32,000 nt of DNA from Candidatus Saccharimonas aalborgensis (GCF_000392435.1 NC_021219.1:930001-962000); one strand, 5' to 3'; positions 17,324-25,440 are shown, counted from the first letter of the stretch. A program made the numbers and translations. Notes: generated by a model from the sequence alone, not told the origin.

Positions 17324-18031
17324 ATGAACACGTCTCGTCGCGTTGTTGGCCGCTACGCGGCCCTGGGACTCGTCCTGGGCCTCGTCGTGCTTGGCGTTTT
17401 TTGGGTGTTGTTCCAGCCCCTCCGCGGGGCTAGCACCCAGAAGCCACCGCTCGGCTCGGCCACGGTCACCCAGACTGTGGCCCCGACCAGCGAGACCACC
17501 ATTCCGGTGACGTCCTCGACTGCCCCAGTGAGTACCTCGCCGACCACCGTCACCGCGACGACGTCGCAGACGACGGTTGCCCCGACGACATCCGCCGCCG
17601 TACGGACCACCAGCACCGCTCCGGTGGTGTCGCGGGTGTTTAACCGTTACACCATCAACTTCCCCGCTGGTACGACGATGGTCGGTAGCCAGACCGGCAA
17701 GTGGGGTGAGGTCCGTACGACCTACCACACCCCGGCCGGCGAGCAGATCATGACCATCGCCTTTTCCGCCGACTTCCGTTGGCGGGACTACAGCGAGGAG
17801 CTGACGGCCAAGTGCCCGAGTGCCACCGAGGGCCCGCAGACCCCCATCAACTGGGGTGGGTCCTACAAGGGTGGCTACACCGCCTGGGACCGCTCCAAGT
17901 GCGACCAGGGACCGTTGGTGACGTTCACCACCTTCTCGGAGGTGGAGAACGTGGCGGTGGTGCAGTTCAGGGTGGCCAAGCCGGCCCCCTGGCTGGTCAG
18001 GGCCATCGAGAAGGCCGACTGGAAGGAGTAA
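17324..18031 (+). CDS. Membrane-anchored/secreted protein with Thr/Ser/Pro-rich linker
   Basis: MNTSRRVVGRYAALGLVLGLVVLGVFWVLF TM/signal segment, TVTQTVAPTSETTIPVTSSTAPVSTSPTTVTATTSQTTVAPTTS linker, C-terminal domain with two Cys. Confidence 0.8.
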   Translation: MNTSRRVVGRYAALGLVLGLVVLGVFWVLFQPLRGASTQKPPLGSATVTQTVAPTSETTIPVTSSTAPVSTSPTTVTATTSQTTVAPTTSAAVRTTSTAPVVSRVFNRYTINFPAGTTMVGSQTGKWGEVRTTYHTPAGEQIMTIAFSADFRWRDYSEELTAKCPSATEGPQTPINWGGSYKGGYTAWDRSKCDQGPLVTFTTFSEVENVAVVQFRVAKPAPWLVRAIEKADWKE

Positions 18032-18071
18032 CGTCCTTCCCGGGACGCGCATCATCACTTCCTTCCACTCA

Positions 18072-18099
18072 CCCCTCGTCCGTACACTCGGACGAGGGG
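18072..18099 (+). terminator. Terminator-like hairpin
   Basis: CCCCTCGTCCG-tacact-CGGACGAGGGG then tcttct. Confidence 0.65.
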
Positions 18100-18229
18100 T
18101 CTTCTCGTATGATGGGGTATATAAAATCACTATAACGAAGAAACCCGTCGAGAGACGGAGCGAGCCGATGGTTCGGCGGGCTTCTTCGTCCTTCGACGGG
18201 TAGGGGTCAGTGGTGAAGTGAGCTGTTGC

Positions 18230-18424
18230 TCACCTCGCGGCGTTGTCGTCCGCGAGGCCTTCGGCGTTACCCCACGTCTGCTCCAGCAGACGGATGTTGC
18301 GCAAGATTGCGGTCTCTCTCTGGCGAGAGAAGCGGGAGTAGCGCTGACGCAGCAGGATGGCGGTGCCAGCCGCCACGGCGGCGCCCATGCTGACACCGAC
18401 GATGACCTTGGTGTGCTTGCTCAT
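18230..18424 (-). CDS. Small membrane protein, 64 aa
   Basis: MSKHTKVIVGVSMGAAVAAGTAILLRQRYSRFSRQRE...; N-terminal TM; promoter TTTACA-17-TACAAT on minus strand. Confidence 0.6.
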   Translation of the reverse strand: MSKHTKVIVGVSMGAAVAAGTAILLRQRYSRFSRQRETAILRNIRLLEQTWGNAEGLADDNAAR

Positions 18425-18467
18425 GAAGTGTTCCTCATCTCTCTGCTCGGAAAAACTGACAAAATAT

Positions 18468-18496
18468 ATTGTAGAACAAAAGAATTATATTGTAAA
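18468..18496 (-). promoter_or_regulatory. Sigma70-like promoter for the 18230..18424 gene
   Basis: Minus strand TTTACA, 17-nt spacer, TACAAT. Confidence 0.6.
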
Positions 18497-18502
18497 TACT
18501 AC

Positions 18503-18627
18503 ACCCGACTCTCACCCCCTCCCCACTCCAGACAACCGGCCCGCCGCAAACTGATTAGCCTTCGCCTTGGCGGGCCTTGGCCCATCAGGGCCAACTGTCT
18601 GTCGGGGGAGGGTTTTGAGATTTAGGT
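18503..18627. repeat. Copy 3 of the three-copy GC-rich structured element
   Basis: Core identical to the copies at 6.7 and 7.0 kb; left arm CCCGACTCTCA is copy-2 type, right arm TGAGATTTAGGT is copy-1 type; inner CCCTCCCC/GGGGAGGG stem. Confidence 0.9.
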
Positions 18628-18685
18628 TCATACGAAAAACGCCTCCGAAATCTATCGGGGGCTTTTTCGTCCTCACTATCTCGAG

Positions 18686-18922
18686 CTAGCACACGCTGAG
18701 AAGCGTCCAACCACTTCCCTGAGCTCGCAGACAAAAGTTTTGGCTGCCGTCACTCATGGTGACTGTACTCCAGATACGTTCACCGCGACGGATGGTGGTG
18801 CGGATACCTCTATCGATAAAACAATAGGTGCGACCTCGCCATTCCATGCGCGTCGGGTAGGTGCTCATACCGGGCCCAAACCCTACAGCGGTGATAGAAA
18901 CAGGACTGTTAATTGATTTCAT
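18686..18922 (-). CDS. Small hypothetical protein, 78 aa
   Basis: MKSINSPVSITAVGFGPGMSTYPTRMEWRGRTYCFIDRG...; SD-like TAGGAGAG upstream. Confidence 0.5.
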   Translation of the reverse strand: MKSINSPVSITAVGFGPGMSTYPTRMEWRGRTYCFIDRGIRTTIRRGERIWSTVTMSDGSQNFCLRAQGSGWTLLSVC

Positions 18923-19207
18923 AGCATACTCTCCTATGGATTAGTGTTTGATAAGTGGTGGAGTATGAACGACAAGGCCTTTTGTCCGCCCCACTTTGTA
19001 GCGGTACAATCGTTTGCCTGAAGTCGTGAGTTTGTGGAGGTTCACCCGCGTGGATGAGCCTGGTGCGATAGACGGTTTGGCTGTGGAAACGCTCTTAGCT
19101 AAGAACGAGTACGACCATAACCTATATATAGTATAGCGCGGCGATTAGGTGCGTCGTCAACACTAGTAATTTATGGGTTTTGTGGTGAAAACAGATCGTG
19201 AAAATAC

Positions 19208-20062
19208 TTAGGAATAATCGCCGCCCGTGATGTCGTAATATGCCTCGAGTGTTTTGAGGTTTTTGGCTTTCATATCAAGAGCAACGGTGCGGCCAACATA
19301 TCGCCAATGCCACGGTTCGGGTGAATAGCCAGTGATTGGGGTCATGCCCTGTTGATACCGTTCAATGAACCCATACTCAGCAGCGTGAGCTTGCAGCCAG
19401 GTATACGCTGGGGTGCTGGCAAAACACTCCAGCGCGCAATTTCCCGCCTTGACATCTATCGCCAGCCCCGTTTGGTGCTCGCTATAGCCAGGGCGCGCGC
19501 GTGTACTATCGGCCAAGGCCGTAGTTCCGGTGATATTAACACCTTCATTGTAGGTCGCTATCTGGTTGTCATAGGAACGAAACGCACTGGTAAGCGAGAT
19601 AGTTGCGCCAGTTGACCTGATAGTAGAAAGAAGTGACGTAAGTTGCCCAGCCATCTCTTGGCGAACGAAGAACCCTTCGACAAGTGTAAGGTTTTGTGGT
19701 GTCCAGGACTGTGGCTCTATACAGTGCTTTTTGTTTACTACCACTGTGAGCGTCGCTGGTGATGAGATATCACAGGGAGTTTCGGTCGGCACCGGATCAT
19801 GTGCGACGAACTGTTGGAGTTGGGTTGCCGCTTGTCTCTCACGCGATTGGGCTTTGTCAAGTTTTTGCTGCAAGAGCGTCCGTATATTTGCATCGATGAG
19901 CGCAAAGTCTCGCTGCTGAGCTGCATGTCGCTGTGTATCTTGGGCTCGCTGCCACAGATCGATACAAAAAAGTCCACCGAGCAGAAGTGCGGTGAACAGT
20001 ACGAGCGCTATGGGCAGTCGAGGGATACGTTGAGAGGCAGCAGATTTCTTCTTTGTTGGCAT
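19208..20062 (-). CDS. D-alanyl-D-alanine carboxypeptidase, VanY-like, membrane anchored
   Basis: ORF 19208..20140; likely start MPTKKKSAASQRIPRLPIALVLFTALLLGG at 20062. TSAFRSYDNQ, SEHQTGLAIDV, PEPWHWRYVG. Confidence 0.88.
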   Translation of the reverse strand: MPTKKKSAASQRIPRLPIALVLFTALLLGGLFCIDLWQRAQDTQRHAAQQRDFALIDANIRTLLQQKLDKAQSRERQAATQLQQFVAHDPVPTETPCDISSPATLTVVVNKKHCIEPQSWTPQNLTLVEGFFVRQEMAGQLTSLLSTIRSTGATISLTSAFRSYDNQIATYNEGVNITGTTALADSTRARPGYSEHQTGLAIDVKAGNCALECFASTPAYTWLQAHAAEYGFIERYQQGMTPITGYSPEPWHWRYVGRTVALDMKAKNLKTLEAYYDITGGDYS

Positions 20063-20095
20063 TGTTCTTAGTATACCGCTTTTGGTGGGCGGTGT

Positions 20096-20132
20096 GCGCA
20101 GGAAGGGAGTTAAAGTACCTCCCCTCCTGCGC
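20096..20132 (-). terminator. Strong hairpin between the 20151 and VanY-like genes
   Basis: GCGCAGGAAGGGAG / CTCCCCTCCTGCGC with 9-nt loop; no clear U-run, so function uncertain. Confidence 0.45.
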
Positions 20133-20150
20133 GAAAACAACCACGCGGGA

Positions 20151-20570
20151 CTACATCATTTTCAGCCGGGTTTCCATGATGCCGATCGCCTTTCGGACCG
20201 CCTGGATGTAGTCCAGGTAGGCCTGAATGGACAGGGTGACGCTCCGAAGAGCAGTGACTGCGTCCATCTCATCGTGAGCACGCAGACACAGCTCGGTGCT
20301 CATCACGGTGAGCTGTGCGACGATCTCGTCGACGATGGCACTTCCTGCCGCAGGGAGGGTGCCGACCTTGATGCGGTAGGCACAGGCTCGCAGCAGATCA
20401 CGCACTCGCGTCATCTCTGCATGCAGATTGGTGAAGTAGTTGATGATGGGCGCGTCACGCTGCGTATCGCGCGCCTGGGCGATGCGGTCAAGCGTCGGTG
20501 ACATGGAGTGGGCTGCAGTAGTCAGTGCTTGTCGCTGCTTTTCGTTGATCATGACCTGCACGGACATCAT
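20151..20570 (-). CDS. Hypothetical helical protein, 139 aa
   Basis: MMSVQVMINEKQRQALTTAAHSMSPTLDRIAQA...; GC3-rich; minus-strand promoter TTGCTT-17-TATAGT at 20631..20659. Confidence 0.65.
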   Translation of the reverse strand: MMSVQVMINEKQRQALTTAAHSMSPTLDRIAQARDTQRDAPIINYFTNLHAEMTRVRDLLRACAYRIKVGTLPAAGSAIVDEIVAQLTVMSTELCLRAHDEMDAVTALRSVTLSIQAYLDYIQAVRKAIGIMETRLKMM

Positions 20571-20730
20571 CCCCTTTCAGGACGAGTCGATGGGGTGGTT
20601 GCTCCGTCTCAGGAAGAGACGGCTAAAGATACTATAGAATATAACAAAATGTAAAGCAAATATTTCTGATTATGATGCGTGGTCGGCGCAGTTCCCCACT
20701 TGGGAGAACTACACCGACCACATGCTCGTC

Positions 20731-21060
20731 TCAGCCGGCGTCGGCCGTATTCGAGACAACGAGCGGCTCGTTGACGCTCTCGATGAACGTCGTAACTCGC
20801 GCTGCGACCCTGGACAGGAGCGTCTGGCGCTCCTCTGGGGTTGCGTGCGTCGCCTGCTCGACCGCCGATAGGACCTCTGCTTCGAGGTCATCCACGCTCT
20901 GCCGAACAGTCGCGGTCACCTCCAGGAAGGCAGCGAAGACGTTGCTGAGGCGCTCCTGCGCCGAATCGGCTTGGCTCTTCGCGGTACCGAGGTGGTTGAC
21001 CGCGAGGGCCACCTCTCCTGCTGCTGCCTGCACGGACTTGCGTGAGGGCATGGTTGTCAA
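20731..21060 (-). CDS. Hypothetical helical protein, 109 aa
   Basis: MTTMPSRKSVQAAAGEVALAVNHLGTAKSQADSAQERLSNVFAAFLEVTATVRQSVDDLEAEVLSAVEQA...; competing ORF 20672..21112 on plus strand is antisense. Confidence 0.55.
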   Translation of the reverse strand: MTTMPSRKSVQAAAGEVALAVNHLGTAKSQADSAQERLSNVFAAFLEVTATVRQSVDDLEAEVLSAVEQATHATPEERQTLLSRVAARVTTFIESVNEPLVVSNTADAG

Positions 21061-21148
21061 GGGGACTCCCTTCGTTTGGTGCTACGGACCGTTCCGTAGC
21101 GAGCATCAGTAACTATATCAGATTAGAAGTACTACGTCAAACAATAAT

Positions 21149-21225
21149 TGGTCGGGGTGACTGGATTTGAACCGGCGACCTCACCGTCCCGAACGGTGCG
21201 CGCTACCAAACTGCGCCACACCCCG
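21149..21225 (-). tRNA. tRNA-Pro(CGG) with encoded CCA
   Basis: Minus strand CGGGGTG TGGCGCAGTTTGGTAGCGC GCACCG TTCGGGA CGGTG AGGTC GCCGG TTCAAAT CCAGT CACCCCG A CCA; anticodon loop TTCGGGA gives CGG. One C-A mismatch in T stem. Confidence 0.9.
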
Positions 21226-21374
21226 ATATGTTCACTATACGCTAGATGATCGTGAGAAATCTAGAGTTCTCACTAATCGCCGGCTTCAGATATAGCATTT
21301 TATGAAAAATATGGTATAATTTGTCCAGCTCTTCTACAATTTATTCCTTCTCTCACGGATTGAGGTGAAATCTC

Positions 21375-22214
21375 ATGAACAAGACGCAGAAGCCAAAGCT
21401 CAGCGGCTTCCGCAAGAAGGCGGCCGAGGGGTTCCTGCTCGGCGCCGTCGTGATCTCCCTCTTCCCGTGGGCGATTACGCGCTGGGTAGTGATCCCGGCT
21501 GTCTGGCTCCTTCTCGTGCTGGAGCTGGCCAACGTCTCATCTTGGCACAACAAGCTCTGGGACAGGCTACCATGGCGGGCGCGGCTCCTGATGGATCGAC
21601 CCCAGTGTCCCGGTGCATCAAACCGGATCCTGCCGCTGTTTGTCGTCATGACGACGGGGCTGGCGGTATCGATACTGTGGCTCTACTCTTCATGGCAATT
21701 CCTTCTCGTGTTGTTGATCAACGCCGTCTTTACCGATGTGTGGGCCCAGGTGGGTGGCATGTTGGCCAAGAAGCGTGCCATTCGTCAGGGTCGCGCTGCT
21801 CCGAAGCAATTCTCTCCTGACTCGCCCAACAAGACATGGGTAGGTGTGGTGAGTGGACTTGTCGGTGGCGCGCTCAGCGGGTTCGTTGCCGCGTGGGTGC
21901 TGGTGACATTCTGCGGGCTGGGAATCTCGTGGTTCGCTTACCCGCTCATGCTGGGAGGCCCGATCGTGGTGGTCCTGGGCGACCTCTTTGAGAGCCGCCT
22001 CAAGCGCGAGGTAGAAATCAAGGACCTGAGTCGGTTCTTTGGCTCCCACGGTGGGGCCTGTGACCGGCTTGATGGTCTGGCATCCTACCTCGCGACGGTG
22101 GCATTGACCATTTACGCGCTGATTTACTGGCCGTGGTGGACCTGGCTGCTCGTTGCTGCCTGGGATGCAATCGTCATTTGTGAGCTCATGCGCCCACGTC
22201 GGCGCACGACCTGA
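21375..22214 (+). CDS. cdsA: Phosphatidate cytidylyltransferase
   Basis: SPNKTWVGVVSG and CdsA signature ESRLKREVEIKDLSRFFGSHGGACDRLDGL; multiple TM segments. Confidence 0.88.
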   Translation: MNKTQKPKLSGFRKKAAEGFLLGAVVISLFPWAITRWVVIPAVWLLLVLELANVSSWHNKLWDRLPWRARLLMDRPQCPGASNRILPLFVVMTTGLAVSILWLYSSWQFLLVLLINAVFTDVWAQVGGMLAKKRAIRQGRAAPKQFSPDSPNKTWVGVVSGLVGGALSGFVAAWVLVTFCGLGISWFAYPLMLGGPIVVVLGDLFESRLKREVEIKDLSRFFGSHGGACDRLDGLASYLATVALTIYALIYWPWWTWLLVAAWDAIVICELMRPRRRTT

Positions 22215-22234
22215 GGAGGAAACAAGAAAGAGCA

Positions 22235-22260
22235 ACTCGGGTGTCCCAGCACCCGAGTCT
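22235..22260 (+). terminator. Intrinsic terminator after cdsA
   Basis: ACTCGGGTG-tcccag-CACCCGAGT followed by CTTTCTTT. Confidence 0.8.
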
Positions 22261-22291
22261 TTCTTTATCTGGGTCTCAAAGTCTCTTTTGA

Positions 22292-22320
22292 TTGACAAAA
22301 TACAAATAAAAGTATACTAT
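22292..22320 (+). promoter_or_regulatory. Sigma70 promoter for the 22359 gene
   Basis: TTGACA-17-TACTAT. Confidence 0.75.
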
Positions 22321-22358
22321 ACCTATACCTAACCCCGAGTAGAATAAGAGGACTCCTT

Positions 22359-22886
22359 ATGGGACGTTTCGAGGCTCCGAATGGGCACGACTTCTGGCTC
22401 GTCCAGGAAATCTGCTTCAATCCAGACAACCCAGGGTCATGGAACTTCATGTACACACTGTCGGCCACCCCGATGGCCGCCACGGAGTTCCAGGGTGGCC
22501 GACTCGAGCAAGAGCTGGCCAGCCTGCGCATTGAGCACCCCGGTGAGTTTATTACCATGGGGGCTGTTATCAGCGTTGCTGATGTCAGCCGGACCGTGTT
22601 CTTTGTCTGCCCTATTCAGCCCCTGAGAGGGCTCGTGGACGACTTTGACCACTGGTTCCGTGATCCGACGGAGGTCATCCACCGGACCAAGGTCCCGACC
22701 CGGTTCGGACACGCGTTCCTCGATAGGCAGCACCTCCACGGTGTCAACGCAGTCGACAGCGGATCGTACAATGGCCGCGTCGTCGCCTGGTGGTCGCTCG
22801 AGGACCACACGTTCTGGACTCTCGATCCCAGAATCGCGCGGCAGATCTGCTCGTGGCTTAACAGAGAGGAATCCACCAAGGGGTAA
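22359..22886 (+). CDS. Hypothetical protein, 175 aa
   Basis: MGRFEAPNGHDFWLVQEICFNPDNPGSWNFMYTLSATPM...; flanked by own promoter and terminator. Confidence 0.65.
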   Translation: MGRFEAPNGHDFWLVQEICFNPDNPGSWNFMYTLSATPMAATEFQGGRLEQELASLRIEHPGEFITMGAVISVADVSRTVFFVCPIQPLRGLVDDFDHWFRDPTEVIHRTKVPTRFGHAFLDRQHLHGVNAVDSGSYNGRVVAWWSLEDHTFWTLDPRIARQICSWLNREESTKG

Positions 22887-22913
22887 GCAAACCCCGCACT
22901 GCATTCACAAGCT

Positions 22914-22952
22914 CATGATGAGACCCCGGATGCGCTGCGGGGTCTCATCATG
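22914..22952 (+). repeat. Perfect 15-bp inverted repeat
   Basis: CATGATGAGACCCCG-gatgcgctg-CGGGGTCTCATCATG. Confidence 0.85.
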
Positions 22953-22964
22953 CCTAATATCAGA

Positions 22965-23000
22965 ACTACCTCTCTGGTATAGAGAGGTAGTCCTTTTTTT
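22965..23000 (+). terminator. Intrinsic terminator
   Basis: ACTACCTCTCT-ggtat-AGAGAGGTAGT then CCTTTTTTT. Confidence 0.88.
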
Positions 23001-23013
23001 GAAAACGAACTGA

Positions 23014-23439
23014 TTAGTCGGTGACTTCGACGCCCATACTGCGGGCGGTACCAGCGATGACCTTGACCGCACCATCCATGTCGATGGCATTGAGCTGTTT
23101 CATCTTGGTTTCAGCGATTTCCTCGAGTTGTTTACGAGAGATTTTGCCGACTTTCTCGGTGTGCGGTTTGCCGCTGCCTTTTTTGATGCCGATCTTTTCG
23201 CGAATCATGTCGTCAACGGGTTGACCGAGACTTTTCCACGCAAAGGTGCGATCTTCGAACACCTGAATGTGAACGATGACGTCCTTGCCCATCATATCTT
23301 TGGTTGCTTCGTTGAATGGATTGATAAAATCCATCATGTTGAGGCCCCACTGACCGAGCGTGCTTCCGACTGGAGGACCAGCGGTGGCGCGACCTGCGGG
23401 GATGCGGAGCTTCAAGTTACCGATAACTTGTTTTGCCAT
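23014..23439 (-). CDS. rplK: 50S ribosomal protein L11
   Basis: MAKQVIGNLKLRIPAGRATAGPPVGSTLGQWGLNMMDFINPFNEATKD...GTARSMGVEV. Confidence 0.98.
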   Translation of the reverse strand: MAKQVIGNLKLRIPAGRATAGPPVGSTLGQWGLNMMDFINPFNEATKDMMGKDVIVHIQVFEDRTFAWKSLGQPVDDMIREKIGIKKGSGKPHTEKVGKISRKQLEEIAETKMKQLNAIDMDGAVKVIAGTARSMGVEVTD

Positions 23440-23522
23440 AGTTTGATTAACTTTCCTTGATTACTAAATATAATGTGAAGCAAATATTTAGTGCGTAACA
23501 GATGAATTATACCTGATCGGGG

Positions 23523-24599
23523 TTATTTTTGCAAGCGTGACTGAGCAATGGCTCGTTCGGCGGTTTGTCCCAATACGAGGCAACTGCGATCACGCGGAAG
23601 TGCTTCGAGCGCTTTGTCCATCGGCCAAAATGAGGGACTGCTCTGCCCGAGGGTGGTGTTTTCGAAGCAGCCAAGTTCAGCAGCAATCCGAACAGGTCCC
23701 GCGATGCCATGTGTTTTTGCCGCTAGCTGGTCGTAGCGTGCGATGAGACGCTGGAGGAGAGGTACAACGACGCTACCGCCATACTGCCCTATCGCCGATA
23801 GATCATTGCGATCAATTTCGGGGTATGGCAACTCGATGCGAAACTTTTGGCCATCACCATTGCCGAGTTCCATACTTTGTCCACCGACACGCGCGACTTC
23901 TTCGTCAAAGACGGCGCGAATTTGATCGAGAAAATCGCGCAATAGCGGATAATCTTTTGCCGCTGCTTCGGTGGAATGGCTCATATCCCACATCAATATG
24001 TAGGCATTTGGTGTGGTGGGTACGTCTAGCAAGAGCTTGTCGGCGAGCGAGTAGTAACCCTGCCCGAGGGTATCGAGTCGCGTAGTGGATGCCTGAATTG
24101 CTTGGTGGTACTGCTGCCACAACTGGCGAAGCTGTAGCTCGCTCGGAAGCTTGCCATGCTCAGGCGAAAAAGCAAATTGAAAGACAGCCTCACCCTCACG
24201 TTCTAGCGCGAGTGGCATGCCAAAAACGATATGTTGTTCTGGGTTCATGAGACTCGGCGCAAACTCAGATCGACCAGTACGAAATGTCTCACCGACCCGA
24301 GAGGCGACGAGGTCGACGCGTCGACCGTTGATATTGGTTCGCTGGAAGTCAAGTCGTGTATCATCGATCGCGGGTGCATTGATGGCGGTAATCGTCGCAG
24401 CTGAGTCACTATACCAGCGGTCACGCATAAATAGCACAACACCGTCAAATGCAGCGCATTGCCCGAGAGAGCGCACCACAGGATCAACGGCAGTGTAGAT
24501 ATCGCCGATCGCCTGGACGAGATCGGGTCGCTCTGCCCGTAAGTACTGTTCGTGACGGTTCGCCCGCTCCGGATTATTGGTGTCTGCTGACCAAATCAT
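23523..24599 (-). CDS. Hypothetical, possibly degenerate class III nucleotidyl cyclase-like C-terminal domain
   Basis: YILMWDMSHSTEAA... GNGDGQKFRIELP ... GPVRIAAELGCFENTTLG loosely resemble the cyclase DI/ST, GD and VRxGxxxG segments. Confidence 0.4.
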   Translation of the reverse strand: MIWSADTNNPERANRHEQYLRAERPDLVQAIGDIYTAVDPVVRSLGQCAAFDGVVLFMRDRWYSDSAATITAINAPAIDDTRLDFQRTNINGRRVDLVASRVGETFRTGRSEFAPSLMNPEQHIVFGMPLALEREGEAVFQFAFSPEHGKLPSELQLRQLWQQYHQAIQASTTRLDTLGQGYYSLADKLLLDVPTTPNAYILMWDMSHSTEAAAKDYPLLRDFLDQIRAVFDEEVARVGGQSMELGNGDGQKFRIELPYPEIDRNDLSAIGQYGGSVVVPLLQRLIARYDQLAAKTHGIAGPVRIAAELGCFENTTLGQSSPSFWPMDKALEALPRDRSCLVLGQTAERAIAQSRLQK

Positions 24600-24636
24600 A
24601 ATACAAACTATATCCTAAAAAAGGATATTTTGCAAG

Positions 24637-25440
24637 CTAGCGGCGTTTAACGCGGTCAGCAATAATTGACCCTGCCGCTATCCCGACCGCAATAGTAATG
24701 GCTTGTCCAGCTGCTTTCCCGAGACCGATCAAGGCATCTTTTGCTCGCTCACGTCGTAGTTCAGCAGCTATCTCACCCTCTGCGTCCTCTAGATCTGGAG
24801 CACAATCAAAAATCTGTTCAAAAAGTTCATTGAGTTCAGCCATTTGGCCTTCAACAAGCACGTCAACAATTGCTGAGGCACTCCTCGGCGTCGATTCATG
24901 CAGATAGGTGTCGAGCAAATCTTCGACAAATGATTCGATTTTTTCTTTTGTGATCAACTCGGTCGAGTCGTATTTGTCCGAAAGCGCCGCAAAATACTCA
25001 TTGATATCCGAGAGATTACTGTAGAGAATTGTTGTGAGCTCCTGGAGCAAGGTTTCGGTACCCTCAGATTGCAATACGACTTCAGCAATTAGTTTCGAAA
25101 GGGCGATGTGGTATTGCTTTTTCATAGCAATGGCACGTCTTTCGAGTTCATCGATGTGCTGCATATCCGGATAGGCAAATCGGTCACACACTACTTCGCA
25201 AATGGTAGCCCTCGCCTCATCAAGTTCTGCCAAATACTGCGCATACCGAGACACTTCCTCATCAGTGATAGGAAGGTCTATCGGATCCTCAAGACCAGCG
25301 ATAGCTTCATGGATTCCCGCAAGCGGACCCGACGTAATATTGACCGGCTCTTTACGAGTTATCGGCTCCTCTGGTTTATCGGCTGGAGGGGGCATTTCTG
25401 CAACCGTCATGGTGGAACTCCTTTTGCTCCACGATACCAT
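24637..25440 (-). CDS. Hypothetical acidic helical protein with C-terminal glycine-zipper-like segment
   Basis: MVSWSKRSSTMTVAEMPPPADKPEEP... ends GLGKAAGQAITIAVGIAAGSIIADRVKRR. Confidence 0.65.
   Translation of the reverse strand: MVSWSKRSSTMTVAEMPPPADKPEEPITRKEPVNITSGPLAGIHEAIAGLEDPIDLPITDEEVSRYAQYLAELDEARATICEVVCDRFAYPDMQHIDELERRAIAMKKQYHIALSKLIAEVVLQSEGTETLLQELTTILYSNLSDINEYFAALSDKYDSTELITKEKIESFVEDLLDTYLHESTPRSASAIVDVLVEGQMAELNELFEQIFDCAPDLEDAEGEIAAELRRERAKDALIGLGKAAGQAITIAVGIAAGSIIADRVKRR

Noticed and set aside
17306-18130. 274-aa minus ORF
   Set aside because: Antisense of the 17324 secreted protein gene; Gly/His/Arg-rich translation typical of a GC-rich antisense frame.
20082-20501. 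139-aa plus ORF
   Set aside because: Antisense to 20151..20570, whose codon usage and promoter are more convincing.
21252-21273. GTGAGAA...TTCTCAC inverted repeat upstream of cdsA
   Set aside because: Short (7 bp), could be an operator or chance; not enough support for its own call.
21365-22298. ORFs 21365..21820 (+) and 21690..22298 (-)
   Set aside because: Overlap cdsA, which carries a recognisable CdsA signature.
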